64,000 nucleotides of DNA from a virus (taxonomy: Duplodnaviria; Caudoviricetes). A model generated the notes under the pieces. That model ran no database searches. It saw only the letters and a program-made list of their open reading frames with translations, and had not been told where the DNA came from. Both the position numbers and the translations under genes were made by a program. The stretch is from IMG/VR virus record IMGVR_UViG_3300027374_000001; one strand, written 5' to 3'. Below are positions 38,929 to 49,373 of the stretch, one piece after another (the stretch's first letter is position 1; every line of letters begins with the position of its first letter).

Positions 38929-41241
38929 TTATTCCTCATTCTTTTTAGTCTTAGCAAACTCTAACTCAGCAGCATCTATAGAATTCTTAATATCATCTTC
39001 TTGTACATATGCTGCTAATCTTTTACGCATTTCGATTTTAATAAATATAGCCTTTTTAGCTTCAGCATCAGGATCAGTAGAACCATCGTATTCATATGAT
39101 GCTATTGCTTCGACACTCTGTCTGACATTATTTATTATATCATTCATGCTCACTGCACTAGCTACTATCGGAGGAGGCAACATACATCTCATATCCAAAT
39201 CATCTCCATACTGATATTTGTATAGTCTTCTTTGAATACGAGTCATGAATTTGCCAAATATCCTTTGTCTAGTGTATGACGATCTAAGCACCTTAAGATT
39301 TACAGTAGTAGCTTGAACTGCAAAGTCTATAGAATTCATTCTATTTTGAATATACTCTATGGGCATACCAGTACTATTAATTGACATTTCCTCAAGCCTA
39401 TCCATGAGTTCATTATCAGATTGAAAATCTTGCCCGGGCATCACTTCAAATTGTATAGGAGAATCACCAGAAGGTCCTACAGGTATTACGAAATCGTTAA
39501 ATCTTCCAGTAATATTAAGAATACTATTCATATTCTCTATTTCCCTTAAACCAAAATTTCCTTTTTTAATTTGGTTTATCACATTAACCATGGTCTGAGC
39601 TATATTCGTCTCTACATTTTGCTTAACGTAATATACCCTCTTATCATGTCCACGAGTTAGATGTCCTAAAGTATTTGTTATATATAAACAAGAGTAAAGT
39701 TTAGCCGGAATTAATGCATATGCCAAATCAGAAATACCTCTATGGGTTTTTTCATCCTGCTCAAAGAATAAATGTTCTACATCATCCGGCGGTATAAAGG
39801 TTATTCTTATAGATGATAGCGCTTGAGCATTTGCTAAATCATTGTATTTAAGAATCTCATAAATATCCTTAACAAGATCTTGATTTTTATTTATAAACTT
39901 AGAATCTATTCTGCTTGATATGTTCCATGCTATACGAGATAGTAATTGATCTCTAGAGTTCTCTATAGCAGCATTAGCAAAGTTTCTACCTTGCGGTTGA
40001 ATTCCAGTGAACCCTATCATATCTCTACCTAGAACATGGTCATTACTCGTTAATAAATCATAAGAACTTCCATTATTAAATTCCAAATAATAATATCCTA
40101 AACAAGTATCATTTAGGTACAATGGAATAATATTTTCTTTATCAAGAATTTTTAATACTGCTCCTTGGACCCTAACATCCCCATCGTCTTTTAATATTAA
40201 CCCATCATGTGATGTTTTATAATTAAAGTCTTTTGGAACTTCTAATTGATCTGGCACTGTTTGAGTGTCAATAGGAATTTTAGACTCTGAATAGGTACCA
40301 TAACTTTCTAACACTGTGGATGGAGAATTAGATATAAAAGTTTCAGCGTCTCCTCTCTCGTTAAAAGCAGATTCAAGAAACCCCCTATTATCTATAATAA
40401 CTTTAAAGTTGTTTGGAAGTATATCAGATACTTCACAGATGTGATGTTTTTCTTTATCTGATATTATCTTTTCTACCATCTCATACGTAGCTATGTCACT
40501 ACTAATGACTCCGTTTTCTATTATAGTTATCTCCTGTACTGATGATTCTCTTGATACCCCATGCAAATTATTTCCAAATACTCTTCCGGGGGTGGTTTTT
40601 GATTTATTCATAAGAAGAGTTTTAATAGCCTTAGAATATGGAACACAGTAAACAAAACACTCTCCCATTGCTGCTTTGTCATATGATTTCTCGTAAAATC
40701 TTTGTAAATCATATAGCTCTTCTAATTCTGAATTTCTTGCAGCAAACATAGATAAATCCGTCTTATCTGTTACACCAACTGGGGATACATTAATAAAATC
40801 ATTTGAAAAGTTATCTGAAGATAATACGTTTTCTTTCTTGGCTTTCATAGCCTCCTTTAATCTCGGCATGTATCTAAGGATTGTTTCATACTCAAGATCA
40901 AGATCCTTTATCCATCTATTTTCCATATACATGGACAAGATACCATTTATCGAAGACGTATCAGTGAGCACATCAGATACTTTTTTTGTCAAATCTCCAT
41001 TACCATCTATCTGTCCTATTTTCAATCTAGTATATAATTTTGCAACTCCAGAAACACTATCCATATTGTTTCTAGAAACAATAGCAGATATATTATCTTC
41101 TATTTCTTGAGAAATATTATCTACTGAATCAGATAGTTCTGGTGTTGAACCATATGTGGATTTATAAATGCTTCCCATTAAGTCTTTAATAGTAGAAAGC
41201 CGTTTATTAATTATATTAAAATTACTTTTTCGCTTAGCCAC
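38929..41241 (-). CDS. portal protein
   Basis: 770 aa; GECFVY, RG.DKRVYYV, DFVIP, GMP.EY patterns similar to T4 gp20-type portals. Confidence 0.7.
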   Translation of the reverse strand: MAKRKSNFNIINKRLSTIKDLMGSIYKSTYGSTPELSDSVDNISQEIEDNISAIVSRNNMDSVSGVAKLYTRLKIGQIDGNGDLTKKVSDVLTDTSSINGILSMYMENRWIKDLDLEYETILRYMPRLKEAMKAKKENVLSSDNFSNDFINVSPVGVTDKTDLSMFAARNSELEELYDLQRFYEKSYDKAAMGECFVYCVPYSKAIKTLLMNKSKTTPGRVFGNNLHGVSRESSVQEITIIENGVISSDIATYEMVEKIISDKEKHHICEVSDILPNNFKVIIDNRGFLESAFNERGDAETFISNSPSTVLESYGTYSESKIPIDTQTVPDQLEVPKDFNYKTSHDGLILKDDGDVRVQGAVLKILDKENIIPLYLNDTCLGYYYLEFNNGSSYDLLTSNDHVLGRDMIGFTGIQPQGRNFANAAIENSRDQLLSRIAWNISSRIDSKFINKNQDLVKDIYEILKYNDLANAQALSSIRITFIPPDDVEHLFFEQDEKTHRGISDLAYALIPAKLYSCLYITNTLGHLTRGHDKRVYYVKQNVETNIAQTMVNVINQIKKGNFGLREIENMNSILNITGRFNDFVIPVGPSGDSPIQFEVMPGQDFQSDNELMDRLEEMSINSTGMPIEYIQNRMNSIDFAVQATTVNLKVLRSSYTRQRIFGKFMTRIQRRLYKYQYGDDLDMRCMLPPPIVASAVSMNDIINNVRQSVEAIASYEYDGSTDPDAEAKKAIFIKIEMRKRLAAYVQEDDIKNSIDAAELEFAKTKKNEE

Positions 41242-41264
41242 GGTAAAACCTCCTTTAACGTAAT

Positions 41265-41276
41265 TAAATATATGTT
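41265..41276 (-). promoter_or_regulatory. late-type promoter upstream of portal
   Basis: AACATATATTTAA. Confidence 0.65.
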
Positions 41277-41333
41277 TCAGGAGGCAAAAAATAAAAGCAC
41301 GGTAGGAGCATAGAACTCCTACCGCAAATCTGT

Positions 41334-41810
41334 TTATTCTTTTTCTTTAAGATTTTTGAGAACGTATAACGTACATAGACCTATATCGTCTTTTACAATA
41401 TATGGTATATAACTCATCGCTCCATCAAGGATATTGCAGATACTCAACATCGCTTTGCAAACACTGGTATAATCATGAACGTCAATTGTATCGGTCCGTA
41501 TATACCCCTCTTCATTTGTAAAGTTTATTAGAGTATTTAATGCACTCCCTATTTGTCTAATCTTAAGACTCCCAGAGTTTGTGCTACACCAATCTTCAAG
41601 CAAAATAAGTTTACAAATCTGATAAATCAGACTGAATAAATTAGTGTTGTCTGTAGATGAATTTTGTACACATGCTGACATTATACGATTTACTGATTGT
41701 TTAATGTCATTTTCATCCATCCACTTATTGTAATAGCTTGCAAATACTCTTATGTCTAACGATAGCTGTTTAAAATCGGTATTGTTCATTTCTCTTCTGT
41801 TCCCTCTCAC
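41334..41810 (-). CDS. hypothetical protein
   Basis: ORF at end of polB-N operon; start uncertain. Confidence 0.55.
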   Translation of the reverse strand: MRGNRREMNNTDFKQLSLDIRVFASYYNKWMDENDIKQSVNRIMSACVQNSSTDNTNLFSLIYQICKLILLEDWCSTNSGSLKIRQIGSALNTLINFTNEEGYIRTDTIDVHDYTSVCKAMLSICNILDGAMSYIPYIVKDDIGLCTLYVLKNLKEKE

Positions 41811-41813
41811 TAT

Positions 41814-42434
41814 TTATATTTTTCTATGTCTAAATAACTCGTGCAACTCACAATCCTTTTTAATTATAACAAATTCTGCAGTAAATGAAATTTCGTCATG
41901 ATCTCTTATTAAAATATCTGCAGTGTCTGATTTATTTACTGGATGTATAGAATTAAATGAAGTCATTAACTTTTCTCCAATATTATAAATTTTTGCCCCA
42001 TCGGATACTTTCAATTTAAACATATCCTCTAATATACTATCCTTATTTGCGGATTGTATACGCTGTATTACAGGACGTAGTTTAACGGATGCGTAAGTTT
42101 GATATAATCTTCCCATGTCATTTACACTAAAATACATGGGCAACGACTCCTTATAGCCATTGCCCATAACTAATTGTATCTCAAATGGTGTATAGTTTAC
42201 AAACCCGTCTTTACATGTAGATAAAGTTTTCATAAATGAAGAGAACTCTTTTATATCCACTTCATACGGATATGATAACGGAGTAAATGCATTATAAGAA
42301 ATGACTTCGGTAATACTAGCAAAATTAATGTCTGTGCCAAATATTAATCCGTTGGGATAAAATGCCACTATTTCTTTCTTAGGTATTTTAGCCAACTTAA
42401 AAATCGTTTCTAGTTGTTCTGCGCGTCTTACCAT
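41814..42434 (-). CDS. hypothetical protein, candidate DNA sliding clamp
   Basis: 206 aa, overlaps polB-N stop; helix then GLIFGTD..FASI and VDIKEFSSFMK resemble PCNA/gp45 N-terminal pattern. Confidence 0.3.
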   Translation of the reverse strand: MVRRAEQLETIFKLAKIPKKEIVAFYPNGLIFGTDINFASITEVISYNAFTPLSYPYEVDIKEFSSFMKTLSTCKDGFVNYTPFEIQLVMGNGYKESLPMYFSVNDMGRLYQTYASVKLRPVIQRIQSANKDSILEDMFKLKVSDGAKIYNIGEKLMTSFNSIHPVNKSDTADILIRDHDEISFTAEFVIIKKDCELHELFRHRKI

Positions 42435-44341
42435 TTTATATTTTCAAGTACCTCCTTTTTATTCATTGTACCGGGGTAATATAGCATTCCTTTCATATAT
42501 TCACCTTCATCTAGATATTGCATACCCGGCATCAATGCATTAGTTTGATAGGACATTCCATTTTGCATACCGTTTCTAATATGCTGTGCATTTGGAATTA
42601 CTACTGTAAAGAATTCAGTGACGTCGTCCAATATTTCAGTATAGGTTCCAAGATGTAACCATCTATTACCAAAGCTAAGAGCGTCTCCAGAAGTATAATC
42701 CTCAATAAACTGTCCGCCGCGGTCATAGAATTTATTATTAAATGGATTCTCTTTCTCAAATACTTTCTGTTCAATCTTAATCTTTCCAATTTGAGTGTTT
42801 GGACCCATATTATTCTGACATGCTGTTGTTGGATACAGTGCTTTATAATCGAAGTCACACATATTATCTACTATATCAACAGTTTGTCTGTCAAACTTCA
42901 TCTTGGAGTAATCAGAATTATTAAGCGGCTGACTTACTAATGCTCCTGGGAATGGGACCTTTTCTTGTATTCCCTTTCCGTTTCCAATTACTAATCCGTC
43001 TTTTAGCCATTCAGAATATGCACGGTTGGTCAAGTATACGGTTTGTCGATGCACTTTACTATAATCAGTATTCTGTGCCAATGATTTACCAAATACATAG
43101 TCTAAGTCTTTAACCTTAGATTCTATACATTTTTGCACTATAGTATCCATTATGTTGTAGAATACAAATGTCTTATAATCTAAATATGGTAATTTAGATA
43201 TATTTGTAGTAATGTGACTATAATCAAGTTTTCGTACCTTTGCTATTACATCGCCTACATCATCGAGTTTATATGAGTCTAACTCTTTCTGACCTTTTCT
43301 TCTGGAAGCAAATTGTATCAACTGATCAAGATATACAGTATGAGAGGATATATCATAATAATCTCCTCTTTCAGCAAACGTTTCTGCTCTTGTGTCTATA
43401 TAATACTTAGCGTGTCTAAATTCTGGCTTTATATCTCTATGGCACATTATTTCTCTTGGGTCATATCCAAGAATATTAATACGCTCAACAATGTATGGAA
43501 TATCGAATGCCATATTCCATGCTACTAAGAAGTCCGGTTCATTTAAATTAACCAATAAGAAGAAGTCCTGAATTAATCTTATTTCATCGTCTTCATCATA
43601 AAAATGAAACTTTACTTCAAAATCTTCTAATCCGTATTTGCGAGCCAATTTAGGAGTTACGGCATTTGTTATAAATTCTTTAACTTCATTAAATATCTTG
43701 CCACTTTTAACTTCATTTTCAAACTCTTTTATTAAAGGATTTCCCTTAGTTCTTAATAGGAATGAATGAATTATGTTAGTGGATTCATCTATATAAGATA
43801 TCGCATTAATTGGACACTCACCCATTCTTGGAAAGTCTTCGTCCATATTAATAGTATCAGCCTCAATATCGAAGTAGGCCTTCTTTATCTTAAACGGATT
43901 GTTTACATACTGCTCATTGAACAAGTATCTATAATGATTTTCCACACTCATAGTAGAACCGAAGATATTCGGCAAATAATGTAGTTCTCTGTTGTTTCTT
44001 CTATTTCCATTTCTTATATTCTCGTAATAAAAATCTTCATTGCCAGTTAATTCGGCTATCTTTTTATCTAGATTTTTATACGGGACCGTAACCGGATGAA
44101 CCTTATCGCGTTCTATATATAAAACTGGATGCTCTACTAATACATCATCGTTAGCAGCATAAAAAGTATAATCCGGATTATTAATAACCTGAAAGTGCTT
44201 TTTACCAGTACGATTGTCCTTATATACTATAGTAATATCACCATCAGTATATTTTCCATCTTCTTTTTTATGAGGATAATGGTAATCAGTATTTAAAACG
44301 GTAATGTCGCTTCCTTCTGGATAACCCTTAATTATTCCCAT
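42428..44341 (-). CDS. family B DNA polymerase, N-terminal part (3'-5' exonuclease and motif A)
   Basis: YFDIE (ExoI), WNMAFDIPYI (ExoII), YNIMD (ExoIII), DFDYKALYP (motif A). Confidence 0.88.
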   Translation of the reverse strand: MGIIKGYPEGSDITVLNTDYHYPHKKEDGKYTDGDITIVYKDNRTGKKHFQVINNPDYTFYAANDDVLVEHPVLYIERDKVHPVTVPYKNLDKKIAELTGNEDFYYENIRNGNRRNNRELHYLPNIFGSTMSVENHYRYLFNEQYVNNPFKIKKAYFDIEADTINMDEDFPRMGECPINAISYIDESTNIIHSFLLRTKGNPLIKEFENEVKSGKIFNEVKEFITNAVTPKLARKYGLEDFEVKFHFYDEDDEIRLIQDFFLLVNLNEPDFLVAWNMAFDIPYIVERINILGYDPREIMCHRDIKPEFRHAKYYIDTRAETFAERGDYYDISSHTVYLDQLIQFASRRKGQKELDSYKLDDVGDVIAKVRKLDYSHITTNISKLPYLDYKTFVFYNIMDTIVQKCIESKVKDLDYVFGKSLAQNTDYSKVHRQTVYLTNRAYSEWLKDGLVIGNGKGIQEKVPFPGALVSQPLNNSDYSKMKFDRQTVDIVDNMCDFDYKALYPTTACQNNMGPNTQIGKIKIEQKVFEKENPFNNKFYDRGGQFIEDYTSGDALSFGNRWLHLGTYTEILDDVTEFFTVVIPNAQHIRNGMQNGMSYQTNALMPGMQYLDEGEYMKGMLYYPGTMNKKEVLENIKW

Positions 44342-44871
44342 GAAGCATCACTTCCTTTATAAAAACTAACACCATCTAATGGTTCTGGGTTATGAGTGCA
44401 CTCCTTTTTAGTCTCCTTATATAATGGAATGGAATCTAAAATTAAATCATTATATTCCTCATATGAGTAATTTTCATCTGTTGGGATATAGGTATACAAA
44501 ATGGTTTTATTAGTAAGCCTAGAAAATCTTATTTCTAAATTAGTACCTTCCCCATTATAACTTTCATCTCCCCAGAAATTAACAAATACCACAATATCGC
44601 TCATTGCTATTTTTTTCAAATGAGCGACTCTATATAAATCTTTCTTCTCCAAAAAATCACCATTACATGTTATAATAGGAATAAAAGGAAGGCAATTTAA
44701 TTTAGTTAACTCACTTTGAACGTCTAGTATAAACTTCGCATTAAACCCATCAATGTCTTTACCTAACGGCCCACATACGGTTACAATTTTAGAAGATGGG
44801 TCTTTAACAATCTTTTCGAGTTTTGTAGTTTTGATTACTTCACTTAAGTACTTTTGTAAATCGTCATTCAT
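44332..44871 (-). CDS. nucleoside 2-deoxyribosyltransferase-like / DUF4406-like protein
   Basis: VTVCG, HLKKIAMSD...VN, Y.GEGT..EI motifs. Confidence 0.55.
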   Translation of the reverse strand: MNDDLQKYLSEVIKTTKLEKIVKDPSSKIVTVCGPLGKDIDGFNAKFILDVQSELTKLNCLPFIPIITCNGDFLEKKDLYRVAHLKKIAMSDIVVFVNFWGDESYNGEGTNLEIRFSRLTNKTILYTYIPTDENYSYEEYNDLILDSIPLYKETKKECTHNPEPLDGVSFYKGSDASWE

Positions 44872-45035
44872 AGTAATTTATAATCCTTTCTCTTATTTTA
44901 TATATAATATATTAACAAATCTCTAATTGCACCTAAACAGGCACAATTATGCATTATAATAATGTTTTAGAAAATGTATAATTGCAACTTGAGCCTTTTT
45001 ACATACAAATAAATCATATTAAGGAGGTTATCAAA

Positions 45036-46070
45036 ATGGAACTTATAAGAGCGATGACATACGAACCAATTCCAGATATAGGAAAAAGATTTGCATCAAA
45101 AAAGCAATCTAAACAAAAACAGTCCGTTCAAGCAGTTACAGAGTCTAAACAAGAAGATATTTCTTTAGAGGGATTCAATATGGATTTCAGTAATTTAATA
45201 GGAAATGACCTATCTGTACCATTATCCATAACAGAAGAAGAACCATCAAAAAAGAAAAGAAAGTCTTCTAATCAAATAAATACTACCGGTATTGTTCCTA
45301 AAGATGCAGATGCAAATGCCCCGTATAAAGAACAATATACTGAAACTGATGCAATTCTCAAAACTGCAATAGCACAATTAGATATAGGACTTGCTGAATT
45401 GAAAAGCGATTTAGATGATCTTAGAAAAGCTAAGCAAATAAGAAATAAATATCAATTAATATCATTCTTACAGGGTAATATCAGCAGTTTTATAAATCAA
45501 AAAATAACAGCAGCCAGGGAATTGAATAGTACCATCACTAAATGTAATGAAATGGAATTCAAGAGATCTAAAGAAATGAAGATGCTTGACAATCAAGACG
45601 ACGATAAGACGATCATGGATATGTATAATGCACTCATTTCAACTCCGGTCGGAGGACAAACTGGCATAAGCACGGCTGGATTAGTTGGTCCGTCTACACT
45701 AGAGATGACATATGCTGGTTCACCAAATCAAACCATCCCAAATATAGTCACAGGAACTAGCGATACGGATAGTACAGGTTATCAAAACTATATATCCAAT
45801 AGAACTCCTGCTCAAAACTTAATGATGGCTGATGCTAACCCAAATATACAACAGGTATACGTATATAATAAGGCAACGGGACAGGCATATTTTGATGTAA
45901 TAGACGTCACTACAGGACAATCGCACCCAGAGATAGACAGATTAGATGCATCTTTCTTAGAAGATACCCATCCTGATTTCTCTGCAGGAATTGCAACCAA
46001 TACTAATATTGGAGAATCTTATCCAATCATCACAGTTGGTAATGACACTTCTATATTAAATGAATATTAA
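45036..46070 (+). CDS. hypothetical coiled-coil protein; N-terminal RAMTY variant of the motif
   Basis: Start MELIR after AGGAGG. Confidence 0.65.
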   Translation: MELIRAMTYEPIPDIGKRFASKKQSKQKQSVQAVTESKQEDISLEGFNMDFSNLIGNDLSVPLSITEEEPSKKKRKSSNQINTTGIVPKDADANAPYKEQYTETDAILKTAIAQLDIGLAELKSDLDDLRKAKQIRNKYQLISFLQGNISSFINQKITAARELNSTITKCNEMEFKRSKEMKMLDNQDDDKTIMDMYNALISTPVGGQTGISTAGLVGPSTLEMTYAGSPNQTIPNIVTGTSDTDSTGYQNYISNRTPAQNLMMADANPNIQQVYVYNKATGQAYFDVIDVTTGQSHPEIDRLDASFLEDTHPDFSAGIATNTNIGESYPIITVGNDTSILNEY

Positions 46071-46140
46071 ATTATACAACTTATTAATAAGCCTTGTACA
46101 ATATGGCAGCGTCAAATCTAAAACCACAACAAAAAAGAAA

Positions 46141-46167
46141 TGGACTAGGCTTGCTTAGCCTAGTCCA
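46141..46167. terminator. bidirectional terminator
   Basis: TGGACTAGGCT/AGCCTAGTCCA flanked by A- and T-tracts. Confidence 0.75.
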
Positions 46168-46178
46168 AACTTTTTGTT

Positions 46179-48899
46179 TTATTCATACGTAAATATGATA
46201 TTACCGCTATTCTGAGCACCAGCTACTGGAATTAATTGAATAACGTCTGCTTCCCCCATATTAATTTCTGAAGAATGAGAAATCATTATGCATTGTTCAA
46301 TACCGAATTTATTCATAAAAGAATTTAGTAATCCGATGAAGCTGCTTCGATTATCCTGGTCTAACGCCCCGTCTATTTCATCCATCCTAAGGATATTGTA
46401 CATAGTTGAACTATGGTACAACAATGAGAACCCTATCATCATGGATATCATAGCCCTCTCAGCAGATGAACATGAACTTATATCATCATGATATACATTA
46501 GATTCTTTATTTATACAAGGAATTCTAAACTCCGTATCATTAATAATATAAGGTTCTAACTCCATTCTCCCATCAAACAATGTAGCTAATAATTCATTGG
46601 TCATAGAAATAGTCTTGCCCATATATAGCTGCATGAATAAAGTCTGAATGCCACCTTTTGTTGGAGATGAGTATTTCTTGATTATCTCTACGGTATTGTA
46701 TTTTTCAGTATACAAAGATAATTCACTCTTATATTCTTCAAGCTGCTTTAAAGAAAATCTCAATTGTTCTTTTTCAGCACTTATGGGTTTCATATCAGAT
46801 TCAATAGCAGACAATCGAGAATTTATTTCATTTATCCCATTAACATATTCTTCTATAGCCTTGATATTGTTTGCAATCTGAGATACACCTGCATCTAATA
46901 CATTAAGATTCCTGCACTCTTCGCTGTATGTTGTAGTTATCGAAATAGCATTCTCTAAATCTTTTTTCTCCGATACATATCTGTCTAGCAGGTTTTTATG
47001 AGTTAATAATTGAGTATTGACTCTATCTATAGCCAGCACTATCTCGTCCGACTCTTTGTCTAATTCCCTTATATCATTTTCTATTAGCGCAATTGTTTTT
47101 TCTTTGTCTGCATAGATTTTTTCATCTCTCTCTAGATCTGCCAATCTAGAAGAAAGAGATTTATAATTCTCAAAAACATTAGCCCGATTCATGCTATTAA
47201 CCAGTTCAGATATCTTATCTATAAATAAAGAATTACAAAATTCCTCTAAAAAGATTTCTAAATCCAGCAGAGAATCACACGTAGGAAATTTAGATAAGAT
47301 AGAAGAATTGCTTTGAATATATTCTATAATGCCATTTATTTTATGCTCAAGTTTCAGTTGTTCTACTAAAAACTCTAAATCCTTAGTGTATTCGTCTTTC
47401 TCGGCTTTATATACCCCTAAAAGCCTTTCTGATTCTAATAAATCAGATTTAGAAATCTTAGTAGACGCCTCTACCGCATCTTCTATAAAGAAGCATTTAT
47501 CTATTGTGCATTTAGACGGCCTATGGACCAACTTATCCGCTATGGCTTTATATTTTTTATAATCCTCTATTTTTTGAGTGGTGACTAATATCAAATTACT
47601 TACAGTTTCTAATGAAACTCTTAAATCATTTATCTCTGCTTCAGTCGTCGATACTCTATTACAAGAATCTAATGCAAACCGTAACACCTTTTCATTTGAT
47701 GCATCGCTTTTAACAAGGTTTATCTTATCTTTAACAACCGATAAGACATTCACTCCTGTAACGAATTCATCCTTAGTAATAATAGATGAAGTATCGGAAA
47801 ACCCCATCATTCTCATCAGATTTTTGCATTCTCGTATCGCTGTAAAAGTATGTTGAATTTCCTCTTTGAGCTGCTCATAATTATATTCAGAACGCATAGC
47901 TCTTACCTTTTCTGATTTTTCAACAGCCCTTACTCTTAAAGAATTCTTCTGTTCATGCATTTTACGCATCTGATCTTCAAATTCTTTAATTTTAACCTCG
48001 GTTACAATTAACTTTTCTCCAAGTTTTGAAACTTTTTCTCTTAACTCCTCGGGATTATCAGTACCATGTCTATTTCTTATAGAGCTAATGAAAACTTCCT
48101 TATCATCTATTTTCTTTTTAACTTCTAATATCTGAGCAGTTAATTGTTGAAATTGTTCTTGGATTTTTTTATCTGGATCTATAGTAGCTATATCCTTTTC
48201 AAGCTCAATCTTTCTTCTTGTTAAGAATTCTCTCTCAGTAACTAACCTGTCTAACAATACTTCCTTTGCAGTTAAATTAGTCACAAGGTTTTCTTGGTTC
48301 CCTATAGTATCCATCTTGGCCGTTATAGAGTTAATCATTGATCTGAAAATACTAGATCTCTTTACTAAAGATTTATATATATCATTGTATACTTCAATAT
48401 TATCAGTTATACTAGATACATATTTTTTTCTTTCCGATGGTTTCTTATTCACTATTCCCATGTCCTCTTGAGAAATCTGCGATAACGAAACGAATGACGG
48501 GTCCAAATTGAATTCGGAATATAGAATAGATTTATAGGAATTGATATTTCCATTTGGGTTTAGTTCTACTGAATCATTATCAGAAATTCTAGATATAAAT
48601 GCTTTTGTTTGAGCTCTATCTCTAGAATTGGTGATTGGATATTCTATCCTTATCTTATATATTAAGTCCTCATAGAAATACTCCAAATGAACAAATCCAG
48701 GCTCTTTGTCTATAAACTTAGATGATGGCAATGGTATCGGTTGCAGGGCTTCCCATATAGTAGTCTTACCGGAACCATTCTTTCCTACTATTAAAATGAT
48801 ATTATGCATACATTTTGTGAAGTCTATATGAATCTCCTTTTTTCCAGATGCACTATAAACCCCCCATAAACCATGTAGTGTTGCACTCTTTAGTCTCAT
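46179..48899 (-). CDS. sbcC: SbcC/Rad50-like ABC ATPase
   Basis: GKNGSGKT, long coiled coil with central Cys pair, SCSSAE signature, DEIDGALD, ISH. Confidence 0.88.
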   Translation of the reverse strand: MRLKSATLHGLWGVYSASGKKEIHIDFTKCMHNIILIVGKNGSGKTTIWEALQPIPLPSSKFIDKEPGFVHLEYFYEDLIYKIRIEYPITNSRDRAQTKAFISRISDNDSVELNPNGNINSYKSILYSEFNLDPSFVSLSQISQEDMGIVNKKPSERKKYVSSITDNIEVYNDIYKSLVKRSSIFRSMINSITAKMDTIGNQENLVTNLTAKEVLLDRLVTEREFLTRRKIELEKDIATIDPDKKIQEQFQQLTAQILEVKKKIDDKEVFISSIRNRHGTDNPEELREKVSKLGEKLIVTEVKIKEFEDQMRKMHEQKNSLRVRAVEKSEKVRAMRSEYNYEQLKEEIQHTFTAIRECKNLMRMMGFSDTSSIITKDEFVTGVNVLSVVKDKINLVKSDASNEKVLRFALDSCNRVSTTEAEINDLRVSLETVSNLILVTTQKIEDYKKYKAIADKLVHRPSKCTIDKCFFIEDAVEASTKISKSDLLESERLLGVYKAEKDEYTKDLEFLVEQLKLEHKINGIIEYIQSNSSILSKFPTCDSLLDLEIFLEEFCNSLFIDKISELVNSMNRANVFENYKSLSSRLADLERDEKIYADKEKTIALIENDIRELDKESDEIVLAIDRVNTQLLTHKNLLDRYVSEKKDLENAISITTTYSEECRNLNVLDAGVSQIANNIKAIEEYVNGINEINSRLSAIESDMKPISAEKEQLRFSLKQLEEYKSELSLYTEKYNTVEIIKKYSSPTKGGIQTLFMQLYMGKTISMTNELLATLFDGRMELEPYIINDTEFRIPCINKESNVYHDDISSCSSAERAMISMMIGFSLLYHSSTMYNILRMDEIDGALDQDNRSSFIGLLNSFMNKFGIEQCIMISHSSEINMGEADVIQLIPVAGAQNSGNIIFTYE

Positions 48900-48911
48900 A
48901 TTATTATCTCC

Positions 48912-49355
48912 TTACCATATTAGTTTAGTAGCACTCAATAATACCCTATCTCCATAACTCTCTATAATTGTAAATCCATATTCTTCAAATGCTTCTATTA
49001 CTTTGCTATCTTTGGATTTTTGTATTGCATACGCACAGTCTAAATTTATCACTGCGGTATGAATAAGTCCGAGTTCAAGGTCTTTGTCTTTATAACCTTC
49101 AAATACTCGAATCTTATGTACACTTCTCATATTATATCTTTTTGTTTTTGCTAATAAAATAGCAACTACATCATCCCCTTTAGTATAAACAAACCCGACT
49201 GTATCTCTTCCAAATTTTATTCCTTTAAGCTGCGGATATTTATTGACAAAGTCCTTATCTGACAATATTTTCACAACAGGGATTCTTTCGTAATCTAAAA
49301 GAGCCTGTACTGATTTGTTAATTTTAGTTGTCATTTTGAATTTTTTTAATTTCAT
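48912..49355 (-). CDS. GNAT-fold-like protein
   Basis: IRVFEGY....LGLI and AFEEYGF resemble degenerate GNAT motifs A and B. Confidence 0.4.
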   Translation of the reverse strand: MKLKKFKMTTKINKSVQALLDYERIPVVKILSDKDFVNKYPQLKGIKFGRDTVGFVYTKGDDVVAILLAKTKRYNMRSVHKIRVFEGYKDKDLELGLIHTAVINLDCAYAIQKSKDSKVIEAFEEYGFTIIESYGDRVLLSATKLIW

Positions 49356-49373
49356 TTTATCTTCTCCTTATTT

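Noticed and set aside
46075-46140. Possible second small RNA (AACT-N6-TAA followed by terminator)
   Set aside because: Promoter match is imperfect and there is no evident structure; may simply be a 3' UTR.
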